DNA of 64,000 nucleotides from Setoptus koraiensis (taxonomy: Eukaryota; Animalia; Arthropoda): assembly GCA_048013815.1 (NCBI GenBank), contig CM106585.1, positions 13,516,001 through 13,580,000 on the forward strand. Reading direction: 5' to 3'. The notes under the pieces are model-generated. The model was not told the DNA's origin. It saw only the letters and a program-made list of their open reading frames with translations, and searched no databases. The first letter of the stretch is position 1. The number at the start of each line of letters is the position of its first letter. This document shows positions 1 to 13,500 of this stretch, piece by piece. The position numbers and the translations under genes were made by a program.

Positions 1-763
1 TTAAAGTCCTATACGTTTGTTGCTGTCGTTGTGTCAGTTTGCACGACCATGGCCACATGTCCACATGAACTGTGTGTGTCATAATTTATAAGACAATCAT
101 GTCTGATTACTTGATTGCTTGATCAAAAGATATATCTTGTTGATGGTGTTTGCTGTGGAGATAAAATTGTAATGGACAAATTGTGAGCTCCATTGAGCAG
201 CCTCTCCTCTCTGCTTGCACACGCTTGTTGATTATGCGGACAACAGTGATTCAGTGTTGACTTAATATATTGACAATATTCTCACAATCTACATTGCCTA
301 TCAAACAAGCTATGCTAACAAGCCTGTGATGGAATACATTTGTACAAATATACGGGTGGTTACTACTATTTTAACGATGTGCCAACTCAACTAATTGACC
401 AGCAAAACTTAAAGAGATAGATAGTATTGGTAATAGACAAGCAACAAGTTGAAAGTTTGTTTGCCGAATATGTGTGAATGAATATTTGTCGGCTGCAATA
501 ATTGTGCCGCTTGAATGGAATAACGGTAAATTGTTATTGTCTATGCTATGTTGCCAATGTCATGTAAAGACTAGTCAATAGTTATCGATTGAATGCTGTC
601 ATCATGGGCAATAAGCGACGCTTATTGACGACAATACCGGTGCTAATTGCAGCGCATTCATCGTTTATGAGGTAGAGACTAATAGAATGATCTAGATATA
701 TGTGAATGATGGTAGTGCGATAAGATAAATGATGATCCAATGTGATGATGAGACGATTCGGCA

Positions 764-1255
764 TGGGATGGGACGGGACGGGATGTCATGTGAGTTGATG
801 GTGATGTGATGTGAAGTTGAGGCGGATCACACCAAAGTAGTTGTTCAATTTAATTTGGTTTGGTTTGATTTAATTTGGTCTGACGTGTCGGGATGAGACG
901 AGACATTGGCCTGAGTTGCAGGTTTCTTTGTGAATTGTGAGCTGTGAGTTTCGAGCTGCGAGTTGCAAGTCGCCAGTTGGGATGGGATGGGACGGGACGA
1001 GATGGAATGGGTTAGAATGAGATTAGATGAGATGAGCAGAGATGAGATTTGATGAGATGAGATTTGATGAGATGGGATGGGACGGGACGAGACGGGCTAA
1101 AATGAAATGAAACGAAACGAAATGAGATGAGATGTTCCGTGCAGTGCCGTGACGTGTCGTGACGTGACTTACATGTGATGTGATGTGACGGGATATGACG
1201 GGATGAAATCAAATGGCATGGTGTGGAATGAGCGGCGCCATGAGATGAGATGAGC
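764..1255. repeat. Degenerate pentanucleotide array (GGGAT/GGGAC/GAGAT/GAAAT/GAAAC/GTGAT/GTGAC units)
   Basis: 5-bp periodic runs visible directly, e.g. gggatgggacgggacg, gagatgagat, gaaatgaaacgaaac, gtgatgtgatgtgac; interrupted at ~840-975 by T-rich pentamer and 7-mer-like sequence. Confidence 0.85.
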
Positions 1256-1324
1256 TCAAAATCTGTTGTGTTGTGGCTACACATCGAACAAGTGCATCGA
1301 ATTGCCACAACTTGCAACTTGTGA

Positions 1325-1326
<2 letters not shown>

Positions 1327-1410
<84 letters not shown>
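1327..1410. repeat. (CT)n microsatellite, ~42 units
   Basis: Perfect dinucleotide run; explains poly-ER/poly-SL ORFs in the track. Confidence 0.99.
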
Positions 1411-1415
<5 letters not shown>

Positions 1416-4400
1416 GTATATATATATATATCACATTCTAACTGTAAACTTCTCTTCTGAAGAAAAGAGGGGGAAGCAATATCGAGACTGATGAATCAAC
1501 ATGTCCCGGCACCAACTAAACGATCATCTTTGTCTTTGAAGTGCCCATTTCGAATTGTTCACCTGTTGCTTAATAACTATAATATTACAATATTGCGAGT
1601 GCCCATACAGATTAATATATGTTCGTTTCTTGGCAAGTCGTCCACTACCGTCGGTAGTTGTAGTCCACCTCTATATGATATAGTAATGATTTTGAGTGAT
1701 GGCCCAGTGACAGTATGAGGCGTGTGTACTTTAGTGGCACACCTTGAATCGAAAGAACGACCATCATGCAGTCACGAGTTAGCTTTTGTTGATGAGGAAG
1801 AAAATTTTTAGAAATAACTGACATTGGCAAGAACTTGTGTGGTTCTTGGCGATGTTTTGAATACGTTTTATAGGCAGAATATGCATTTGGCCCCGGTGGA
1901 AGCGTCATATTGCGTTTATTGTCTTGTTAGCATTTATGAGGCGTGCATCAATCAAAACAATACTACTACCGGCTTTACGTGCCGGCGCTGAGGCCACCTT
2001 GTAATAGGTAATAGTAAAAGATTGCTGGTTGCAGATTATGATTACATGTATGTATGAAGTTGTCCGATGTAAGAGTCGATTTGACAACAATGGCCATGAT
2101 GTAATGCATGTGTTTGTTAAAGCGCCACAAAGTCACTTGTCGGTCAATCGGACTGTCAAATGGTGCGGCATGTCAAATGTTGGGCATGTTGAAATGTTGT
2201 TGTGGCGAACAACAAGTTTTAATTTTAGTGATCGGTGACCGCTAATCAACTGACGAGGGTGTTCTCGAGTGGCTTGTGAACAAAACAAGAGATTGCATTG
2301 ATTGCAAGTTGCAACAACAACAACAAAAAAACAAACGCACGAGAGCAGTGGCAAAATTTGTGCAACTTTGTGTATTGTTGCTGACAGATAAAAGAGACGA
2401 TAGATGGAAAACTAGTCAACACCTAATAGGTCAACACCGAAATGATGCTAATCTAACTAGATAGATCCTGTCAGATATTATTGTATTATTAATTGACTGA
2501 TTATAAATCAATCAGTAGTGTCAGTCAGTGTTGTGTGACTTTGTTTTGTCTTAACGTTTGTGGCATGCATTTGCACCATAAATTCATTCCATGGATTACA
2601 TAATACTATACCTACTTGAGCACACTGTAACAACAAAAGTTGTTTATGGCTCCAACGCAGTGTTAGTTGCAGTAACAAGCAATCATCAACCTATCAGCCA
2701 CCATAAAGTTTATTTACATAATCTCTATATACAGATATAAATACATTGCTCTCCAGTCACTAGACTCTGGTGTGTACGTCTGTTTGTGTCATGAGTAACG
2801 CACTTGGAATAACTAACTCTCTCGCATACTGTGTGTACGCTGAGGTCGTTGACTCTCACAAACTTGTCGACTTACGCATATGTCTATTCTGTGGCTGTTG
2901 CTGATAAATATAGACATGAGTGACATTAGTATTGAACAAAATCTATGATTATCCAATGTGCTCGCGATGTCTTGCGCCACTGCCAACAACGCAGTTGTCG
3001 TTGTTGTTGTTGTGATTGATACATTAGGTCACATACACACACACACACACACAAATGCTGCCAGCTTTATCGTGCTCGGTGTGTCGGATCGGACCAACAC
3101 CAAATGGACGCACCGAATGGACACAACGAATGGACGCCGCAAACCCAACACTGATGCGGCCAACAACGAGCTTGCCAACAAGTGGTTGCAACTTGCATGT
3201 GAGCATGCTGTGTGAGTCGTGGTGTGTGTAGGTCAGAATAGCGCCACATGCAGCCCATTTCAACTGGCCACTATTTTTAGATAGAGACCTTAGCATGTCG
3301 ACGTGAATATGGCACCCCTTTCATTACTAATATTTTACAAATTTTAAACACACAATCATGGGCGACTCATCATGGTTGATATGCTGTTCACATGCTAAGG
3401 TCGTGTGTCGTATGGACAATATTCACGGCACACTGTCATTTATAAACAGCACACTGTCAAGTGTACAAACACTGTCAATCATTGTCTCCATGTTTATATG
3501 TTCATTGTCGTCACACAACCACTGTGAACGATAGCATGCTGGCAAACAATTGCCGGCACAATGACACACAAAACCCAATACAATAGCTATATCATCATGC
3601 CAGTGTATCAAGCTAACACTGACAAGGCACAGCGACAGGGCAACATCATCATCAAATGATATTGACCTCGTTGCCTTTGAATGTCAATTCAATGTCAATA
3701 GTCGGATAGCTTCTAATTGTGCTGCCAACTTGACTTATACAATCAAAAGCGCACATGTGTATCCATTTGATACGCTGATTTTCGCACAAGTAAGCCGACA
3801 CACACACACACACACTACTACTGTACTCATGCCACGACCATCATTATGATTCTTGTTATGTAATTATGTGTCATTGTTAATTGCATCAGTGCTCATCCAT
3901 GTACCACCGCCATTGGCACTACCATTACCATTATCATTATAACTATTACATAACTATCTGTGTATATGGTGTTATATGGTGCTATATGGTTCTGGTTGTT
4001 GGTGGCAAGCGTTGCGAGTGTAAGAAAGAATGATATTGCTAGTGGCAACGATGGTGCCACTAATACCACAAGACACATGCAGTTGGCTCTTCATTTGACC
4101 GACAGGTGGCACAAGGGGGCCGTCAATAGGTGCAAATTGCATCATGTGTATATCTCGTGTGCTGTTAAATAGCGCCAGCGTGACCTGCCGCTGCGAATAG
4201 CAATGGACAGAGATAGTAATGGTGAGATATTATTACTATTGTTACGTTGATTATGGCCACTTTCATTATTAACATACACACACACAACTAACAAAATCAT
4301 AATTATCTCACCCTGCTAATGCTCATTAGTACAACATTGTAGGTTGCATGCTGATCTGGCACTCTAGCCAAGTTTACAATTGTCCGGCATCGCCAGTTGA

Positions 4401-7400
4401 GATGCATGTTGAGCGACTGCAGCAGTTTTATTCTCTAGCCAGCATGTTTTCTCCATTATGCTGACCCTGAGCTGCAGCCAGTGAACTGAAGGCAAACATT
4501 TTGTCAATTTTGAACGCCGCCCATCCGGTTTCGTTGATGGCTCCAATTATGAATGGACGAGCATGGTGCTCGCAACTTGCACTCTAACTTGGCTTCCTTT
4601 TCGATAGTTACAGGCTAGCTGTCCCCTTCATGCTGCCCCCTGTTTGACATGTCTCTTGCCAAGAACAATACATGTCTCATCTGGTGAGATGAGGGGCCCC
4701 TTCTTGGCCGGGCCTGTGCGCGCAAAGTCACCGAAGCGAAGTAATAGTAATAGCAATAATGTGTTGTCCGACACATTCCTAGATATTGTAGCGGAAATGG
4801 CGCAATACAGCACACAGATCGATCAAACCAAACGAACGGTAAAATAGCCGACAGCGACAATGATTTGGCGGTGACAATGATGTGAGTATTGATCACCATC
4901 ATCATCACAAACGTCGCTGGTGGCCTTGATGATGATGTTTGCACACACACACAAATACAATTGGCATTCCCGTTCACCTGTCCAATTGGCTCATCTACTG
5001 GACTTGTCGGCCTGGACCTGTGTGCTGCCCATGTGCTCGCTCTTCAAATATTGGCCTTTCTATATCATCATCATTAATCTTTGAGCTTCAACGACGACCA
5101 AACGACCGAATCAGCATCACAATGATTGTTCTCGACGCCCAAAGTCCGTTGCCTATTCATCTGATCGAATCTCACAACATTCGTACATACAGGTTCATAC
5201 AGGTAGTTTGGCAACACACACACTGTTGGAATACGAAGTGCAAGCCGTAGCGTATGTGCTAAACTGCCGGCAAGAATCCATTATTGTGCGTGCACATTTA
5301 TTGATGATTATGTAATGTGTTTCACTAACTCGGCTTATATCATACACTACACGCTAGTTTTTTACCATACACAATATACTATGGAGCTGCATAATGATTG
5401 TGTGTGCATGTCAGGTAAACAATGCTTGAGATATATCACGCTTTCTTGAGTTTTATTCTATCCATTGTGCGCCTGTTCTATCTGTGGCCATCATCTCTAG
5501 TGGATATGTACACTGTATATATCACACTTGAGAACGACAAGAGGCTTGTTCTTTCAAATGACAACAATAGCAACAGCAACAACAATGGCCAACATTTGCA
5601 GCCATCGTACATAGTGAATGTGCATGAATGAGCATCATATCGGCCGTGATTGTTTCGTATGAATGTGCACACATTAAATACGATACGATGGCAAATTAAT
5701 AGGATACGATGGCAAATTAATACATATATACATTTATACGTAATGAACGCTTGAACAATAGCCAGCGTCATTATCTATGCCAGTTGAGGCATTCATTTAT
5801 CTCTCATGCTCGCCACTAGCAAGATCTTTGTCTTTGACAAGAGCAAGCAACAGAACAGTTAACACCACACTCGGGCACACCAACAAGTGGCCGCCGTCGG
5901 TCGATTCATTAGCGTCGTTGGTCCTAATAATATGCATTTGTCATGCCATTCAACAACTACTGTCATACATTGAATCACGGCTTATGCAAATGCCCTCAGA
6001 CGTCTGGCTGTCTGGTTTTTGTCTAGCTGACCGCTACCACATTACGACACACACTCACACTGTGCAATGCCCAAGTGAAAGTTGAACAAGATAACTAACA
6101 AGCTTTAAGCGAATCAGTGTAAGCCACTGCTAACCGCATGCGCTCTCGGATTGCCGGATTGTCGGATTGTGGCCAGCCGAGTGATCGGCGTCTATTTTTA
6201 GACTTTTGCTTACTTTTGCAGCAGTGTAGTCGATAAGCGCAAGACTTTGCGACTACATTGCACGGTCGCCAGTGGCCCACAAGTTAGTTTGGCATGATGA
6301 TAAACGCTGGCCAGGATCATAAAGAGCGCCCTGTGTCCCGTCATTGCCACAAGTGATGATGATGCCCTCCTATTTTTTTTTTATTTTCCTTAATACACTA
6401 TCGTCATTTACATTGACTGCATTGCCATTTATAATTGCTATTCTTAGAACCAGTCAACAATTTAATTTGGTTGTGTTGCCATGCCAATGGTCACCCATTG
6501 GCATGACTCTCGCCTGACCATTTATAATCGTTTGCAGTGCACTGTGAAACGAAACGCGTCCATTGCATAAAGCTTCGGACTCATTCAGTTCAATTGTTCT
6601 TTTAAAATCTCATGCCTCTTAGTGTTGTTGTTCTCTTCTAGTAAGTGTGTGAGTGCTGAAAATAATTCTAACTTGATTTTAAAAATCTTCGCCCACTTGT
6701 GGCCACTTGCGCCAATGCCAGAATTAGTTGCTCCTTTGTGTTTAGCATTGTGTTAGCCAAATAGAAGCTCCTTTTATATTTTCAATTACATTTTTGACCG
6801 TCTGCAAAATAACTACAAAATATCGACGCCACAATCAACATTGCTGCTAGCTAACCAGCCGGACAGCAATAGAGTTAATGATCGCTGAGCTTATCGGGGC
6901 TGGGTTCAGTTAGCTGCCGCACTGGGTCACTCAAGGAAGTGCCTATCACCCATTGTTTCCTCGGCTTTGCTCGGGCGAAATTTCTCGCAAAATTTTATCT
7001 TTGGTCGTTTATCGCACACACACACACTTGCAGGACATTCACACAGACTAATCACTGACAGTATGAAATATCAACAACATGTAAGAGCTGTCTATGCACT
7101 TGTTGCGCAGCCTTGACGCAAAACTCTTTTCAAATCATAATCATCGACGAGAGATTCTTGCAATTATATTTACCGGCCGGCGAACAGGGCGAGCACACAC
7201 CCAATAGCAGCGAGTATACATTTTGGTACTGAGTATATTTACCGAGTGAAGATGATGAATCGAAAACTTTTATTTTTTTCTTTCTCTCTCTCTCCCCCTC
7301 TCTCCTCGGCCGTCCTTATATCATCATGTGTCGATCTCTCATCTATCAAAAATTTATCTCACTCCGAGATACTGCTACTACTCATAATCTCAAACCAAAA

Positions 7401-7585
7401 ATAAGAATTGCCTAAAATATGATATGATGATGAATACAAAAATGAGCGTCGATTGTCAGGCAAGGTCGACGCTTACTTTTTTGTTCTTTCGTTCTGTTTG
7501 AGACCAGTAGCGTCACTACGGCCACTCCAAACTCTCTCGCTTTTTTTCCGATCCAAAACAATTCAACAATACCTTATTCGTCTCC

Positions 7586-7588
<3 letters not shown>

Positions 7589-7622
<34 letters not shown>
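7589..7622. repeat. (TA)n microsatellite
   Basis: Perfect run. Confidence 0.97.
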
Positions 7623-7625
<3 letters not shown>

Positions 7626-10498
7626 AAAAGATATTAGCGATATTCCGCGCTTACTGTATACAAAAAAGCAACAGGTAGACGTGGCCCAAATCTAGGCACA
7701 CATGCTAACATGACAATTAAATCGCCCTTACACACTGTCTGTTGTCGTGTCTGTAGCCATCAATAATTCTTTGACCTGATGAGGGGAGTCACAGCCACAC
7801 ACAGTTGTCGCATTGGCAAAAGAAGCATTCTTTGAGAACAATGATGACCATCATCCCTCTTATTCTTATTATTCTTCTTCTTCTTGACTGCGCCATTGCT
7901 CCATTCCATCAACTAGCCGAGTGTGTGTGTGTGTAAGTGTGATCAGAGCCACAAGAGGATGGCAGCCGGGATGCGACTTGAATATATTGAAAAGTCGGCT
8001 AATTTTTGCGACAACTAATCACACTTATTGATTGCGCTAGTTTAGTTTATAAGTTGAGGAGTGGTGGCAGTGTGAGGATCTTTCGCTAGCTAAACTCTTT
8101 GAATCATTTGCGCAAAAATCAATGACGACGACTTAACTAGTAGCGGCCCATGTCTTAGCTATTCATGCGTGCTCTAGTTTAGCTCTTGTCAGTGATTTCA
8201 TTTCTAGGCGTACAGTAGAGAAGCCGGCATACGCTACAAATGATGGGCCTTTGTGGTAGTCGCTCTCTACTATGATATCCTGTTTCCTAAAGATTTGATA
8301 GGCTCTAGTGCCGCAGTGTTGCCGCCGCCAGCGCTGTTGCAAGTTCGGACACCAGCATAACAAAATTGCCTTTCATCTCACTTATCTTATAAATACGATG
8401 ACGATGATTATGATTCCGACCAAGGTTAACTCTCGTTTCACACACAGGTAGTTTTGCCATTGCACGGGATTAGAGCCTTTACACTGTTTCGTTTGTCTAG
8501 CAGCGGCAGCCCTGTTACTATGACCACAGTTGCAAGCAAGTAGCATTGTGGTTGTGATTAGTGTGTTCTCTAGCATGTGAGTTGCCAGTTGTGCCTGTCC
8601 GTAGTGGTTGCTAAGCCAGACTGGTGGCGATGGCGTATGGTCTAGACGACACAGCGTGTAGGCAAGAACACTGACTTCGGAGCACACTGGCAAAAGAACA
8701 ACCGATGATACTATTTTAGAGAATTCATTCGTCCACTCGAGAAAGAAAGGGAGAGAACGGCAATGATCCATAGAAACTTAAAACGAAAGTCTCAACTTTG
8801 TTGGCTGCCTGTCTCTAGCACTATCAGGTTATCAACAGCTAACATACGGGGCTAGCCGATAGTTGGGCTCAAAAATCATCATAAATGGTGATGGTGTTAG
8901 ACTCAACAATCCGAATTTTGAGCAGGGGGCAGCAATGAATCATAGTTTGTACATATTCGAGAGCACATGGAGTCGATAGAGTGGATGTAGCGTGTAGTAT
9001 AAGTATGTATATGGGGGGGGCGAGGGCTGGGGCAAGCGCCAAATGTTGCTGTCACTGAATTCCATTGTATGCAAGAGTACTTGTGATACAACAGGTAGTA
9101 ATAGTTGTTGCTGTTGTTGGCATAATGATGGTAGCGAGCAAACCACGTGTGTTTGAGTCCACATGTATGAAAATAAAGCGGGCGTGTCGGGAGTATCTGT
9201 CATGGTAGGGCACGATTTCGTTTTTCGACCTCTTGTCAGTCGGTTAAAGATTTATAGAATCGCTGCCATCGTCTAATTTTATCAGCACTGGTGGCAAAGA
9301 GGAACGATTACACTGCTTTTCTCTCTGTGTTATTTGTATGGCTCGACATCACCATCTATCTTAGTTGAGGATCTATTTTGTCTGTGTATAGTAATAAATT
9401 ACTGTTTGTGTGTATGTATGTATTTCTTTCCGGAATCCCCCCTCTCTCTTTCTTTCATTGAATGCATCAGTAGTGCCGGTGCGCAGTGGCATTAGTAGTG
9501 GACCTGGTGTACACTCATTTGTGTGTCTGTGTGTGTGATAAAGAACAATGGAGAGGGAGCGAGTAATTAATTAAGAGAGTTCATATAAACAGCGTCAGCA
9601 TGTAAAACAACAGGATGATGTTCATCATTGTGTTGCTGTTGTATCATCTAAAGCTAGCGTGCATGTATGTAGCTCGATAGTGATTATTTAAATTTACTGT
9701 CACGAGCTAGTAACAACAGGTCAATTATCATGAGGGTCGCCATCGCAGCAACTAACATAAAAGATAATTTTCGCTCTTATCTCTCTTCCTCATCTCCACT
9801 GGCCACACTACACCATCAACTAGTGCATAGTGTGAGATTATATTAGATATAAACTTGAGTATTGTGTGTGCAATCATCAACAGTACAAAGGTGTCGGTGG
9901 GATCGTCTAACAATAGATTTTGTTAGATATATCAGAGATTATTGAGACTCATCTACTAAATTTACACATTGTTTGGCGACTAACTACCACCACTAAATCA
10001 TTAGTGGACGACTATGCACATCATCAACAAAATGACTACAACAACTGTATGCACTATAACTAAGATGCAGCTTAATGGTTTTAGAGCGGTAATGGTGGAA
10101 AATAGAAGTAGAAGTAGTGCTGGCAACAGCGCAACATGGCATCATTTCGACACGCACTTACCTGGGGCATACATACATACCACTTATGTGTTCAAACTCT
10201 AACTCTCCACCTCACTACCTGCCTAGTCTGTGTCCACCTGTGCGTGGGTCTTTTCTCACACGCATCCACACAGATTATCATGATCGGATGGTCTGGTCAT
10301 TCTTTGAGGGACTGACCGAGACTAAGTAGATATCAATGAGCGAATAGTTTTTGATTAAGAACCGAGGAAAGATCAATTTGTCATCGTGTCATTGGATTCC
10401 TTCATTGTTGTTATTGTTGCTGTTGTTATTGTTGTTGCATTTAAAGTTCATGTTGATTGGTATTGCATGTTGGCAAAACGACTAGCATTTCCAATGTG

Positions 10499-10500
<2 letters not shown>

Positions 10501-10586
<86 letters not shown>
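10501..10586. repeat. (TG)n microsatellite, ~43 units
   Basis: Perfect run. Confidence 0.99.
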
Positions 10587-10589
<3 letters not shown>

Positions 10590-13500
10590 ACCAACCCATC
10601 GAACGAACAAGCAATTCTTTTTTTCGCTCTTCATAAGATAATGCATAGTAATAATAATAATAATAATAATCTAGCCTTAAAAGCACATACTTTGTATATG
10701 AATGTTGTTGAGCGTTGCACTTGTTAAGTGGTGTTGCAAGTTGCCAACCTACAAAGCTAGCCCTCACCTTTACCACTTCTAGTAGTGGAGGTATTAGTCT
10801 TGCAAGAAGGGGATAGACCATATACAATAAAACAGCAGCTCGTGATTGGGGAATCTTTTCCAACTTTGAACTTGTTTTTCTCTTCTTTTTGCACCGGCAG
10901 CTTATCTCTGCTCTAAATTCAAGATCATTAGTAAATACTATTACAACTACGACCATTGGCGTCACTATCACTGCTACTAGTAATAAACAGGCGGTAATAT
11001 TTTTGTGTTCTGTTTTCTTTTTAGCGCTTGGCTGCTTGTTATTGCTTTTTTTCACCTGTCCAAAGGGTAATAAATAACTCTTGACTATTTGCGTGTGTTT
11101 GTGGATATGTAGAGCTATACAAAGCTGCACACTATGTATGGACAATCTGTATTAATAGTGAAATGTCTAATGTTTCTTCTTTCCACTTCTCATGAGAGAA
11201 TCACTTGGCCCTTTCATGGAGCCGCCCCACAGCACCATTTTCATCCGATTCGTTTATTATATGATCGCTGGGCTCAACCAAATCGTTGCTCATTCTCAGA
11301 TAATTTCGCTGAACACATGACCAAGATTTCGGTCGAAATTGGGTTTGAACCAGATTTTTCGACAAGAACTCCATTTTTACCCAAAATTATAGACAAAAAA
11401 AGAAAAAATCCGCCAGAGCCGCTAGACAATCTGCACTGTTTTTCCGGTAAAAATCCTCGGAAATCGACAAAATCTCTGAAAATAACTGCCCCTAAGAAGT
11501 GTGGAAAAGTAAACTGTGTGAAAATCAGCTGAATCGCTCCACTGGTTACGGAGCGGTTATTACAGATTTTTGATGTCCCTAATGATCACTCTCGATGCAT
11601 GATAATTCTCAGATAGGCCAGGTCGAGATATGTGTATTTGTTTCCTTCCATTATTATTAGTGTGTTATTATTATTAGTAGTAGTAGTATTAGTAGCTGTA
11701 GTAGTCATGTGCTTCACATCTTGAGATTATCATCATTATTATTATTTCTTTTTCTTCTGAAACTAGAATCCAAGTTGAATGCACGCCCGATGGCTCTTCC
11801 CTCGTTGCAACCATTGCAAGTCCTCCACATTACACTCAATTAGTATTGATATTGATTAATTTTGCAATTAGTAACTTGTTGCTTTTGCTTTTGTTCCGCT
11901 CATGTCGGCTAATATATCACTCCTGCCTTCTGACAACGTGATCTCTATTAGAGAGGTCAGATGAAGAATTTGCATTTGTTACCCATTCTTGTGATCAACT
12001 CAAGATAACAACAACTATTTAGTTGGGTGATATTAGCGCCATAATAGTAACGATTTGCATAAATTAAGCGCCCAAATATTCTATATGTAGAGAAGGGGAG
12101 ACAAGAATACGAAGAAAAACAAGAAAAATTCTTTCACACAACTGGTTATTTCCAACGTCTTTTGACCGGCGCCAAAAAGTTGCACTGCACGCCGATCTGT
12201 GCCACACATTTTGCTCGTCAATAGTTAGTCTAGCCTTGAACAGTAGAAAGTTGCGCGCGAATTGTGCACTTGTGCCAGGAAGTTGCGCCATAAGTAGCAC
12301 ACTATGTGCACGCAATTGAATCACCTACTACACTGTATCACATTGATACTGATCATACTCGTATTTGTATGTAACACACAGGTATATGCCGAACTGGCAA
12401 TCCATTGCTGTCTATTGAGGGGTATATTACATCCGTTTGGCATCATTAATTATTACATTATATTTATTTATACACGATCGACAGGGGCAACCAATGCTTT
12501 CAATAATAGAAAAACCAGGAGAGAGGGAGAGCAAGGCGATAGGAACGATTGTGCAATGGGAGCCATTGTAAAGTGAAAGTAACTCGATGTAGTTAACAAT
12601 TTGAACGCCTCGTGGCGGCAACTGGTAGCTTTGTCCAGCAAGTAATCTGTTGATTCACGAGAATCTACATACGGACTTCGATAGATCAGTCTATTGTTAG
12701 AGACGACCATTGTTAGAATGTACACAACATTTGGATAACCCCAGGAGCTTTGTTGCAGTGTTGGCGCTGCCCATTCAAAGCTTGATTACAATATGATAAT
12801 AATTTGATTCAATAAGGTCATGCCTCCCATAGCATCCTGGTAAAACTGTTAGTCTCCTCGATGGTGGCGTATATTATGCCTAGTGAACCAGCATTTATAC
12901 TGATAGCAGCGGCGGAATCTATTCTCGGTCAGTTAGTAGCTACAAGCTGGGGAAAAACTACAATTTATAGTGATATAGGCAAGGCTTTTGTTGCTGGTCT
13001 ACACGTCTGCTTTGTTGTGAATCATTTCCAAAGAGGGCGCTGGAAATGCCATGTTGATTGGGGCTATTCTTTATGCACTTGTCAGTGAACAGACCAAGCT
13101 GATATCAATTTTCTCTACAGTGAAGCGCCCGCCCCCTTATGTAATAACTAGAACTTCATCCTATGTGTATGTAGTTACTTTTCATTAGATTCAACAGTAA
13201 CCATGAACATGCTTCAACATTGTGCCAAGTTGTATAACACTGCAGTGATGGTGAAAGCTCTCACTAACACACCCTTTAGTTCACCTGTTGCCTGTGACGA
13301 AGTTGCGAGTATCACCATAATATAAATTAGTAGTCTATCGCTGTACCTATAGATGCTTGCCTTGGAAAACAAGATGCATGCCATCATCAAGTAAGTTATG
13401 GAGCGATTGAGTGCGAACATGAGAGGTTGTCACCCTTTCTGGCTGCAACAAACGCATTCTGCAACGAGCAGCACTGAATTTCGAATATCATTTTTACAAG

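Noticed and set aside
8304-8316. 12-nt match to the 3' part of miR-252 (ctagtgccgcag)
   Set aside because: The seed is absent and there is no hairpin.
10156-10166. ACTTACCTGG resembling the U1 snRNA 5' end
   Set aside because: The downstream sequence is not U1; it is better explained as a minus-strand splice donor.
11536-11556. Helitron-like 3' hairpin (cgctcc...ggagcg)
   Set aside because: No CTRR terminus in the orientation matching the adjacent island, no 5' TC end or Rep/Hel remnant identified.
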